In this document: positions 7,802 to 15,782 of the stretch, piece after piece
How positions within the stretch are numbered: position 1 is the first letter of the stretch
How the letters are laid out: every line of letters starts with the position of its first letter
Assembly: GCA_964583655.1 (NCBI GenBank)
Contig: CAZOXN010000001.1
Span: 1-27,327 of the forward strand
Length of the DNA: 27,327 bases
Source: an uncultured Desulfarculaceae bacterium
GTDB taxonomy: Bacteria > Desulfobacterota > Desulfocorpusculales > Desulfocorpusculum
Direction of reading: 5' to 3'
The notes under the pieces: model-generated
The model's database searches: none
Told to the model about the DNA's origin: nothing
Seen by the model: the letters and a program-made list of their open reading frames with translations, nothing else
Position numbers and translations under genes: made by a program

Positions 7802-8824
7802 ATGAGAAGAGGGAAATCAGCGGTCTTGATGTCCTTTGTGGTGGCAATCGGTCTGGTCCTGCTGGCCTCATCCACATGGGGGCAGGCCAAGCCCATAGAG
7901 CTCTCCTACTCCATATTCTTCCCTGCTCCGCACAAGCAGACGGTCCTGGCGACGGAGTGGGCAAAGGAGATCGAAAAGAGGACCAATGGCAGGGTCAAGA
8001 TCAACATGTTCCCCGGTGGGACCTTGACCCCAGCGGACAAGTGTTACGACGGGGTCGTCCAAGGGATATCGGACATCGGGATGTCCGTCTTGGCTTACAC
8101 CAGGGGTAAGTTCCCCCTGACCGAGGTCATCGACCTGCCTTTGGGTTACAAGACCGGTGTCGCCGCCACGAAGCTCGTCAACGAGTATTACGACAAATTC
8201 AAGCCCAAGGAACTGGACGCGGTCAAGATCATGTACCTCCATGCCCACGGGCCGGGGATCCTCCACACGAAGAACCCGGTGGCCAAGCTCGAGGACCTCA
8301 AGGGCCTCAAGATCCGCTCCACTGGTTTGAGCTCCAAGGTCGTGGCCGCCCTGGGAGGTACCCCTGTGGCCATGCCCATGGGGGAGACCTACGACGCCTT
8401 GAGCAGGGGTGTGGCAGAGGGGTCCATGGCACCCATCGAGGCCCTCCAGGGATGGAAGTGGGGCGAGGTGGTCAAGTCCACCACCGAGAACTTCGGCTCT
8501 GCTTACAGCACCGCCTTCTTCGTGGCCATGAACAAGGCCAAGTGGAGTGCCTTGCCTCCTGACCTCCAGAAGGTCTTCGACGAGGTGAATCGGGAATGGA
8601 TAGACAAGACCGGGAAGACCTGGGATGAGATAGACAAGTCCGGCAGGGATTTCACCTTGGGGCTAGGCAACAAGATCATCCAGCTCTCCAAGGAGGAGGA
8701 CGCCAGGTGGGCAGAAGCGGTGAAACCGATCCTCGACGAGTACGTGCGCAACATGAAGGCCAAGGGCCTCCCGGGCGAAGAGGCGTTGAAATTCTGTCAG
8801 GAGAGGTTGAAGGCGTTGCAATAG
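7802..8824 (+). CDS. dctP: TRAP transporter substrate-binding protein
   Basis: 340 aa with a signal peptide. LEDLKGLKIR contains the conserved carboxylate-binding Arg; PMGETYDALSRG. SD AGGAGG. Followed by small and large TRAP subunits. Confidence 0.93.
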   Translation: MRRGKSAVLMSFVVAIGLVLLASSTWGQAKPIELSYSIFFPAPHKQTVLATEWAKEIEKRTNGRVKINMFPGGTLTPADKCYDGVVQGISDIGMSVLAYTRGKFPLTEVIDLPLGYKTGVAATKLVNEYYDKFKPKELDAVKIMYLHAHGPGILHTKNPVAKLEDLKGLKIRSTGLSSKVVAALGGTPVAMPMGETYDALSRGVAEGSMAPIEALQGWKWGEVVKSTTENFGSAYSTAFFVAMNKAKWSALPPDLQKVFDEVNREWIDKTGKTWDEIDKSGRDFTLGLGNKIIQLSKEEDARWAEAVKPILDEYVRNMKAKGLPGEEALKFCQERLKALQ

Positions 8825-8834
8825 GAGGCACGCC

Positions 8835-8884
8835 GACTGCGAGGGGGCGTTGGGACTCAGCAGAGGATCCTCGCCCCCGTAGTC
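8835..8884 (+). other. GC-rich stem-loop directly after dctP, without a U-tract
   Basis: GACTGC(GA)GGGGGCG (8835-8849) pairs with CGCCCCCGTAGTC (8872-8884): 13 bp with one bulge and one G-U pair. Confidence 0.5.
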
Positions 8885-8974
8885 TTCTTCGACTCCTGTG
8901 GCTGGGCGGCACGAGACGAGTCTAGGGCGGAGTTGGACCCGCGCGAGGGGGATGCCATGGGGCAGGAGGGGGCC

Positions 8975-9457
8975 ATGCAGAGGTTCATGCGCCAGGTGCG
9001 GGGGGTGAGTCGCGCGGCGTACGTGATCGCTGGGGTCAGTCTTACCTTCCTCATGTTTCTAACCATCGCCGACGTCGTCCTGAGGTCCTTCCGCAGGCCC
9101 ATAGTCGGCACTTACGAACTGGTGGCCCTGTCAGGTGCCGTGGCCATCGGCTTCGCCGTCCCCTTCACCTCCTGGACAAGAGGACACATCTTCGTCGATT
9201 TCTTCATAGGCAAGCTTCCCAAGCGTTTGCGGGATGCCTTCAACATCGCTACCAGGTGCCTCGGGTTAGGGCTGTTTCTCATGATAGGTTGGAATATGGT
9301 CAAGTACGGGACGAGCCTCTTGAGGTCAGGCGAGGTCTCCCTCACCCTGCAACTGCCGTTCTATCCTGTGGCCTACGGACTCGGGGCGGCCTGTTTCCTC
9401 CAGTGCGTGGTCCTCTTTTGCGACATCCTCAAGGTCCTCGGAGGCGAGTATGAATGA
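8975..9457 (+). CDS. dctQ: TRAP transporter small permease
   Basis: 160 aa with four hydrophobic segments, ADVVLR...PI.G..E and GHIFVD motifs. SD GGAGG precedes ATG 8975; ATG 8957 is an alternative start. Confidence 0.88.
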   Translation: MQRFMRQVRGVSRAAYVIAGVSLTFLMFLTIADVVLRSFRRPIVGTYELVALSGAVAIGFAVPFTSWTRGHIFVDFFIGKLPKRLRDAFNIATRCLGLGLFLMIGWNMVKYGTSLLRSGEVSLTLQLPFYPVAYGLGAACFLQCVVLFCDILKVLGGEYE

Positions 9458-10751
9458 GGTCGTGGTGGGGATTCTGGGGCTAGGCGTCGTCCTGGCCTTG
9501 TTTCTGACCGGCATCGAGCTGGGCTTCGCCATGGCACTGGTCGGTTTCCTGGGATTCAGCTACATCGTGTCGGTCAAGGCCGCCCTCAACCTCCTGGCCA
9601 AGGACATCTTCGACGTTTTTGCCTCTTATGGCTTCACGGTGATCCCGCTCTTCGTCCTGATGGGGCAGATCGCCTTCAATGCAGGCATCGCCAAGAGGCT
9701 GTACCAGAGCGCCTACAAGTTCATCGGGCATATCCCGGGGGGGCTTGCCATGGCGACAGTGGCTGGGGCCACGGCCTTCAAGGCCATCTGCGGTTCTTCG
9801 CCCGCCACTGCGGCCACCTTCGCTAGCGTAGCCGTGCCGGAGATGGACCGGTACGATTACAGCAAGAAGCTGTCCACAGGGGTCGTGGCCAGCGTGGGGA
9901 CCCTGGGGATCCTCATACCCCCAAGCGTCACACTCATAGTGTTCGGGATCATCACCGAACAATCCATTGGGAAGCTTTTCCTCGCAGGTATATTCCCGGG
10001 GTTGATCATTGCCCTCTTCTTCGTGGTGATCATCTACGGTTGGTGCAAGATCGATCCTTCATTGGGGCCCAGGGGGGAGCATTCCACATGGAGAGAGAGG
10101 TTGGCGACCCTCCCTGAGGTCCTTCTCGTCACCGTCATATTCCTCCTGGTGGTAGGCGGTCTGATGAAGGGTTTCTTCACTCCCACGGAGGCAGGGAGCG
10201 TTGGGACCGTCGCTGTGCTATTGTTGTCGCTGATCAAGAGGGACCTCAATTTCCAGGGGTTCGTCAAGTCTCTGGGGGAATCCCTCCGCACGGCGTGCAT
10301 GGTCCTGATGCTCATCGCCGGCTCGACGATCCTGGGCCATTTTCTGGCCGTCACAAAGATCCCCATGATAGCTGCTGACTGGATCATCAGGCTTCCTTTC
10401 GATCGCCATGTCGTGATGGTGCTGATCTCCATAATCTATCTTCTCGGGGGATCCTTCATCGATGACTTGGCATTCATGATACTAGCGACCCCGATCTTTT
10501 ATCCCGTCATAATAAAACTCGGCTTCGACCCCATATGGTTCGGCATGATCATCGGGATCACGGTGATGATCGGGGTGGTCATTCCCCCTGTGGCCATCAA
10601 TGTCTTCGTGGTGAAGCACATCACAAAGGTGCCATTTAGCGTTGTCTACGGCGGGGTTTGCCCCTTCCTATTCAGTCTGGTGGCGTGTGCCATTTTGCTG
10701 TTTCTGTTTCCGAAGATCGCCCTTTTTCTTCCGCAGTTATTGATGAGGTAG
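9450..10751 (+). CDS. dctM: TRAP transporter large permease
   Basis: 433 hydrophobic aa with IPLFVLMG, GTLGILIPPS and FTPTEAG. Overlaps dctQ by 8 nt. Confidence 0.94.
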   Translation: MNEVVVGILGLGVVLALFLTGIELGFAMALVGFLGFSYIVSVKAALNLLAKDIFDVFASYGFTVIPLFVLMGQIAFNAGIAKRLYQSAYKFIGHIPGGLAMATVAGATAFKAICGSSPATAATFASVAVPEMDRYDYSKKLSTGVVASVGTLGILIPPSVTLIVFGIITEQSIGKLFLAGIFPGLIIALFFVVIIYGWCKIDPSLGPRGEHSTWRERLATLPEVLLVTVIFLLVVGGLMKGFFTPTEAGSVGTVAVLLLSLIKRDLNFQGFVKSLGESLRTACMVLMLIAGSTILGHFLAVTKIPMIAADWIIRLPFDRHVVMVLISIIYLLGGSFIDDLAFMILATPIFYPVIIKLGFDPIWFGMIIGITVMIGVVIPPVAINVFVVKHITKVPFSVVYGGVCPFLFSLVACAILLFLFPKIALFLPQLLMR

Positions 10752-10770
10752 GATGGGGAGTTGAGCCGTC

Positions 10771-10865
10771 AAGTCGGAGGCCATTCTCATGGGGCTACCC
10801 TTGGCCTTCCGAGACTTTGCTTGCGACCGAGGCTGCCATGAGCATGGGGGCGAGGGCCTCGGTCG
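10771..10865 (+). other. Two tandem GC-rich hairpins between dctM and hbd
   Basis: AAGTCGGAGGCCA pairs with TGGCCTTCCGAGACTT (10771-10817, bulged). CGACCGAGGC pairs perfectly with GCCTCGGTCG over 10 bp (10824-10865). Confidence 0.5.
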
Positions 10866-10890
10866 ACGATCGCCTGAAGGAGGGAAGGAG

Positions 10891-11775
10891 ATGGAAATCA
10901 GGAGAGTCGGCGTTCTGGGGTGCGGACTGATGGGATCTGGGATCGCGCAGGTCTGCGTGGAGGCGGGATACGAGACCACGGTCCTGGAGGTGGAGCAGAG
11001 GTTCCTGGACAAGGGCTTCGGGGCAATCGAGAAGAACCTGTCGCGGGCCGTGGAGAAGGGAAAGATGTCCGCTGAGGCCATGGCCAAGACCAAGTCGCTG
11101 CTCAGAGGGACGCTCAAGGTTGAGGAGTTGCAGGGGTGCGACCTCATCATCGAGGCCGTGGTGGAGGACCTGAAGATGAAAAACGAGATGTTCTCTGCCC
11201 TGGACAGGCTCTGTCCCCAGCACACCATCTTGGCCTCCAATACCTCCTCCTTGACCATCATGGCCATGGCAGCCTCGACCAAGAGGCAGGACAGGTTCTG
11301 CGGGCTCCATTTCTTCAACCCCGTGCCGGTGATGAAATTGGTGGAGGTGGTCAAGACCATAGCGACCAGCCAGGAGACCGTGGACACCTGTTTCGCCTTT
11401 TCACGTTCCCTCGGCAAGGTCCCTATCCTGGCCAAGGACAACTCGGGCTTCATCGTCAACCTCCTCCTGGTCCCCTACATGCTCGACAGCATAAGGGCCC
11501 TGGAGCAGGGTGTCGCATCCATCGAGGACATTGACACAGGGATGAAGCTCGGATGCAATTACCCCATGGGCCCCTTCACCCTCATCGACTTCGTCGGTTT
11601 GGACACCCTATTCAACATAGCCAACATCATGTTCGACGAGTACAGGGAGAAGCGGTACGCCCCTCCGCCTCTCCTTCGCAAGATGGTCCTGGCAGGCTAC
11701 TTCGGCAGGAAATCCGGACGAGGCTTCTACGACTACTCGGGAGAAAGGCCCGTGCCAGTGGATCTGGGGATCTAG
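10891..11775 (+). CDS. hbd: 3-hydroxyacyl-CoA (3-hydroxybutyryl-CoA-type) dehydrogenase
   Basis: 294 aa from ATG 10891 (SD GAAGGAG). Rossmann motif GCGLMGSG, plus EAVVE, SNTSS, GLHFFNP and PMGPF. Confidence 0.92.
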   Translation: MEIRRVGVLGCGLMGSGIAQVCVEAGYETTVLEVEQRFLDKGFGAIEKNLSRAVEKGKMSAEAMAKTKSLLRGTLKVEELQGCDLIIEAVVEDLKMKNEMFSALDRLCPQHTILASNTSSLTIMAMAASTKRQDRFCGLHFFNPVPVMKLVEVVKTIATSQETVDTCFAFSRSLGKVPILAKDNSGFIVNLLLVPYMLDSIRALEQGVASIEDIDTGMKLGCNYPMGPFTLIDFVGLDTLFNIANIMFDEYREKRYAPPPLLRKMVLAGYFGRKSGRGFYDYSGERPVPVDLGI

Positions 11776-11785
11776 GAGGGGGATC

Positions 11786-12727
11786 ATGAGAGCGCTTCTT
11801 TCAGGAAACGAGGCCGTCGCCCGCGGGGCGTACGAGAGCGGCGTTCGGGTGGCCGCCGCATACCCCGGGACGCCCAGCACCGAGATCATACAGGAATTCG
11901 CGCGATACGAGGGCGTATACGCCGAGTGGGCTCCCAACGAGAAGGTCGCCTTCGAGGTCGGCATCGGTGCGTCCCTGGCCGGGGTCAGGGCCATGGTGGC
12001 CATGAAACACGTGGGCCTGAACGTGGCCTCGGATCCCTTCATGACCTTCGCCTACACGGGGGTGAACAGAGGGTTCCTCCTGGTGTGCGCCGATGACCCC
12101 GGTATGCACAGCTCGCAAAACGAGCAGGACAACCGGTACTTCGCCCGATTCGCCCAGGTCCCCTTGCTGGAGCCCAGCTCCAGTCAGGAGGCCAAGGAGA
12201 TGGTGAGGGAGGGGCTGAGGCTCTCGGAGCGATTCGATACCCCTTCGATGCTCCGTCTAACGACCCGTATCTCCCATTCCAAAGGTATCGTGAGGCTGGG
12301 CAAGGTCAGCGATGTTCCACCAGGACAATTCACCAGGGACCTGAAAAAGTACGTGATGATCCCGGGCTTCGCGAGGCTGCGCCATCCCTTGGTCCTGGAG
12401 CGTATAGAGAAGCTCCGGGCCCACTCGAACCGCACGGCACTGAATCGGATAGAATGGGGAGACAAACGAGTGGGGATCATCTCCAGCGGGGTCGCCTACC
12501 AGTATGCCCGGGAGGTGATGCCCGATGGCTCTTTCCTGAAACTCGGCCTCACCTTCCCTTTGCCCGATGCCAAGATCAGGGAGTTCTCGTCGAGGGTGAA
12601 AAGGCTTCTGGTAGTGGAAGAGCTGGAGCCTTTCCTGGAGGAGCAGATCCTGGCCATGGGCGTCCGTGTGGAGGGCAAGCGTTTCTTTCCAAGGCTTGAC
12701 GAGCTCTCGCCCGAGATCGTCGCCTAG
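11786..12727 (+). CDS. iorA: IorA N-terminal half (pyrimidine-binding domain and domain II)
   Basis: LLSGNEAVARGA, YPGTPSTE, NEKVAFE, DDPGMHSSQNEQDNR and VVEELEP. Confidence 0.8.
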   Translation: MRALLSGNEAVARGAYESGVRVAAAYPGTPSTEIIQEFARYEGVYAEWAPNEKVAFEVGIGASLAGVRAMVAMKHVGLNVASDPFMTFAYTGVNRGFLLVCADDPGMHSSQNEQDNRYFARFAQVPLLEPSSSQEAKEMVREGLRLSERFDTPSMLRLTTRISHSKGIVRLGKVSDVPPGQFTRDLKKYVMIPGFARLRHPLVLERIEKLRAHSNRTALNRIEWGDKRVGIISSGVAYQYAREVMPDGSFLKLGLTFPLPDAKIREFSSRVKRLLVVEELEPFLEEQILAMGVRVEGKRFFPRLDELSPEIVA

Positions 12728-12814
12728 GGCCTGAGCAAGGCAGGTCTCCTCAGGAGGCGGCCCAAGAAGAAGGCAGAGGCGCCAGCCTCCGCGGCCCTGC
12801 CGAGGCCGCCTGTG

Positions 12815-13582
12815 ATGTGCCCGGGATGCCCACATCGGAGCCTTTTCTATGCCCTCAATCAGATGAAGGGCATCGTCCTGAGCGATATAGGGTGTTACAC
12901 TTTGAGTGTACTGCCCCCTCTTCAGGCCATCGATTCGTGCATCTGTATGGGCGCCTCCATCAGCATGGCGCAGGGGGTGGCCAAGGCCATAGAGAGGGCA
13001 GGGCTCGAGGAGGAGCGCCCGGTGTTCGCGGTCATAGGTGATTCCACTTTCCTCCATTCGGGTGTGACGGGTCTGATGGATGTGGCCTATAACAAGGGAA
13101 ATGTCAATGTGATCATCCTGGACAACCGCACTACTGCCATGACCGGGGGGCAGGATCATCCTGGGACTGGGCTCACCCTCCAGGGGGAGAGGACCCGTCA
13201 GGTGGACCTGAGGAAGCTGGCCGATGCCCTGGGCATAGAGAGGGTCCGAGTGGTGGACCCGTACGACCTTGCCGGGACCCTCGCGGTCCTGAAGGAAGAG
13301 GCTTCTTCTCAAGGGCCCTCCTTGATCATCACCAACCGTCCGTGCGTGATGATGGAGAGGTTCGACCCTACTCTGGTCCACAGTGTCGATCCCGAGCTGT
13401 GCGAGGGGTGCGGCATGTGCCTCAGACTGGGGTGTCCCGCCATCGTCCCAGGGGAAGAGATCCCCTCTAGGAAAGGGGGCAAGACGAGACGCAAGGCAGT
13501 GATCGATGCCACCCTTTGTCGCGGGTGCGCTGCATGTGAGCAGGTATGCAAACAGGGGGCTATCTCCAAGGTCACGCAGTAA
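12815..13582 (+). CDS. iorA: IorA C-terminal half (ThDP-binding domain plus 2x[4Fe-4S] ferredoxin domain)
   Basis: MCPGCPHR, DIGCY, GDSTFLHSG...LDN, CEGCGMC...CP and CRGCAACEQVC. Independent initiation at GTG 12812 or ATG 12815 is unproven. Confidence 0.75.
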   Translation: MCPGCPHRSLFYALNQMKGIVLSDIGCYTLSVLPPLQAIDSCICMGASISMAQGVAKAIERAGLEEERPVFAVIGDSTFLHSGVTGLMDVAYNKGNVNVIILDNRTTAMTGGQDHPGTGLTLQGERTRQVDLRKLADALGIERVRVVDPYDLAGTLAVLKEEASSQGPSLIITNRPCVMMERFDPTLVHSVDPELCEGCGMCLRLGCPAIVPGEEIPSRKGGKTRRKAVIDATLCRGCAACEQVCKQGAISKVTQ

Positions 13583-13719
13583 TGGCCAGAGGAGCTGTGC
13601 AGGATGCACAAGGGATGATAACAGGAATTACCATGCAGGAAGGGACGCACAGAGGACGGGGTCAAGCCAAACCGGCGCCGGGTGTGGCCTGGGTCGTGCG
13701 TCCCATCAGGAGATCCGTG

Positions 13720-14310
13720 ATGAAGAGAACCGGAGGCGAGCTTCACAATATACTCATCGTCGGGGTGGGCGGCCAGGGCGTGATCCTCGCCAGCGAGATC
13801 CTCTCCGATGTGGCCATGAGGGGCGGTTTTGACGTAAAGAAGAGCGAGGTGCACGGGATGGCCCAGCGGGGGGGAATCGTGTCGAGCCACGTCAGGTATG
13901 GTTCGCATGTCTTCTCCCCTCTGATACCCATGGGGGAGGTGGACGTCCTACTCTCTTTCGAGATCGCCGAGGCCCTCAGATGGCTGACTTTCCTCTCCCC
14001 TAGTGGGAGGGTGATCTCCAGCAGGCAGAGGCTGATCCCTCCCATGGTCTCCACGGGCCTCGCCCAGTACCCTGCAGAGGCGGAGACGATCTTGCGTCGT
14101 TCCACGAAGGACCCCGTACTGCTGGACGCCCTCGATATGGCGGAGGAACTGGGCAACCCCAGGACGGTGAACACGATCCTGCTCGGGGTGACTTCCAGGC
14201 TCCTGGACTTGCCCCTTCCCACCTGGAGGCGAGTCATCTCGGAGAGGGTGCCGGCCGGGGCAAGAGAGTTGAACCTGGAGGCCTTCGACAGAGGGCGTTC
14301 CTTGGTTTGA
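13720..14310 (+). CDS. iorB: Indolepyruvate:ferredoxin oxidoreductase beta subunit
   Basis: 196 aa from ATG 13720 (SD AGGAG). GVGGQG, SEVHGMAQRGG and NLEAF..G. Confidence 0.92.
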   Translation: MKRTGGELHNILIVGVGGQGVILASEILSDVAMRGGFDVKKSEVHGMAQRGGIVSSHVRYGSHVFSPLIPMGEVDVLLSFEIAEALRWLTFLSPSGRVISSRQRLIPPMVSTGLAQYPAEAETILRRSTKDPVLLDALDMAEELGNPRTVNTILLGVTSRLLDLPLPTWRRVISERVPAGARELNLEAFDRGRSLV

Positions 14311-14324
14311 TGAGGAGGAATGCG

Positions 14325-15626
14325 ATGCCCTGGGACGACGAGTCGGAATGCATGGCATGGGATGCTCGGGGCCGTCTCCAATTGGAGAGGCTGAGAGAGA
14401 CCGTGGCCTTGGTGCACGAGAGGGTCCCTTTCTTCAAGCGGAGGCTGGACGAAGCCGGGGTCAGGGCCGAGGACATACGCGATCTCCAGGACGTGGCCAG
14501 GCTCCCCTTCACAGTCAAGAACGACCTCAGGGATCACTACCCCTTCGGGCTCTGCGCGGTCCCGTTCAGGGAGGTGGTGCGCGTCCATGCCTCATCAGGG
14601 ACCACGGGAAAGCCCATCACAGCGACTTACACCTCAAGGGATCTGGAGGATTGGGCCGAGTGCATGGCGCGGGCCTTGTGGGCCGCGGGTGTCCGACCGG
14701 AGGACACCTTACAGGATGCCCATGGGTACGGCCTCTTCACCGGGGGGTTGGGCTTTCTCGGTGGTGCCACCAAGATAGGCTGTGCAGTGATACCGGCGAG
14801 CTCCGGGCAGACCGAGCGACAGGTTATGCTCATGAGGGACTTCTCCTCCACGGTATTGTGCGGCACGCCCTCCTATGCCCTGACCATCGCGGAACGGGCA
14901 GAGGAGATGAGGGTCGATCTTCGCTCATTGCCGCTTCGTATCGGTGTGTTCGGTGCGGAGCCGTGGAGCGTCGCCATGCGCCAGGAGATCGAAGAGAGGA
15001 TGGGAATCAAGGCATACGAGGTCTACGGTCTGACCGAGATGGGAGGGCCAGGTGTGGCCTTCAGCTGTGAGGCCCAGGAGGGGCTGCACATCAACGAGGA
15101 TTATTTCCTCGCAGAGGTCGTGGACCCCGTGACCCTGGAGCCGCTTCCCCTCGGAGAGACAGGTGAGTTGGTCTTTACCTCTCTCCGGAGGCGGGCCATG
15201 CCGCTCCTGCGTTTCCGCACCAGGGACATCACCCGTCTTTGGCGAGGACCATGCCCCTGCGGCAGGACCCTGCTCAAGATGGACAAGGTCATGGGGCGCA
15301 GCGACGACATGCTCATCATCAGCGGGGTGAACGTCTTCCCTTCTCAGATCGAGTCCTTCTTGCTCGATGTGCCGGAGGTAGAGCCCCATTACCTCTTGAT
15401 CGTGAGGAAGAAAGGGTACCTGGATCAGCTCATCGTCCAGGTGGAGGCCAACAGAGAGGTCTACGAGGCCGGCCTCGGCAAGAGGGCGGAGGTGGAGGAG
15501 AAGATCTCTCAGCATATCCGCGAGGTCGTCGGGATCAGCGTGAAGGTGAATCTCGTGGAACCGAAATCCATAGCCAGGAGCGAGGGCAAGGCCAAGAGGG
15601 TCATCGATGAGAGGCCGAGGGGCTGA
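14325..15626 (+). CDS. paaK: Phenylacetate-CoA ligase family protein
   Basis: 433 aa from ATG 14325 (SD GAGGAGG). HASSGTTGKP, YGLTEMGGPG, GRSDDMLIISGVNVFPSQIE and EGKAKRVID. Confidence 0.92.
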   Translation: MPWDDESECMAWDARGRLQLERLRETVALVHERVPFFKRRLDEAGVRAEDIRDLQDVARLPFTVKNDLRDHYPFGLCAVPFREVVRVHASSGTTGKPITATYTSRDLEDWAECMARALWAAGVRPEDTLQDAHGYGLFTGGLGFLGGATKIGCAVIPASSGQTERQVMLMRDFSSTVLCGTPSYALTIAERAEEMRVDLRSLPLRIGVFGAEPWSVAMRQEIEERMGIKAYEVYGLTEMGGPGVAFSCEAQEGLHINEDYFLAEVVDPVTLEPLPLGETGELVFTSLRRRAMPLLRFRTRDITRLWRGPCPCGRTLLKMDKVMGRSDDMLIISGVNVFPSQIESFLLDVPEVEPHYLLIVRKKGYLDQLIVQVEANREVYEAGLGKRAEVEEKISQHIREVVGISVKVNLVEPKSIARSEGKAKRVIDERPRG

Positions 15627-15782
15627 GCGGTTCGTCGTGGGTGGCCAGTTGGATTTGGATGAGACCTCACCATGACAGGCCACTGGCAGGAGGGATCCTC
15701 AGGATCTCCGCGAGCTGTCGGTTGACCGAGTTACAGGGCAAAGGGCCGCCATTTGTGCCGATGCGTATCAGGAGGCGACTCC

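Larger units (their letters stand above)
11786..13582 (+). pseudogene. iorA: Indolepyruvate/arylpyruvate:ferredoxin oxidoreductase alpha subunit interrupted by one in-frame TAG at 12725-12727 (nonsense allele, read error or recoded)
   Basis: ORFs 11786-12727 and 12812-13582 are in the same frame. Reading through gives ELSPEIVA*GLSKAG...LPRPPVMCPGCPHR and a 598-residue protein of normal IorA architecture. Confidence 0.65.
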
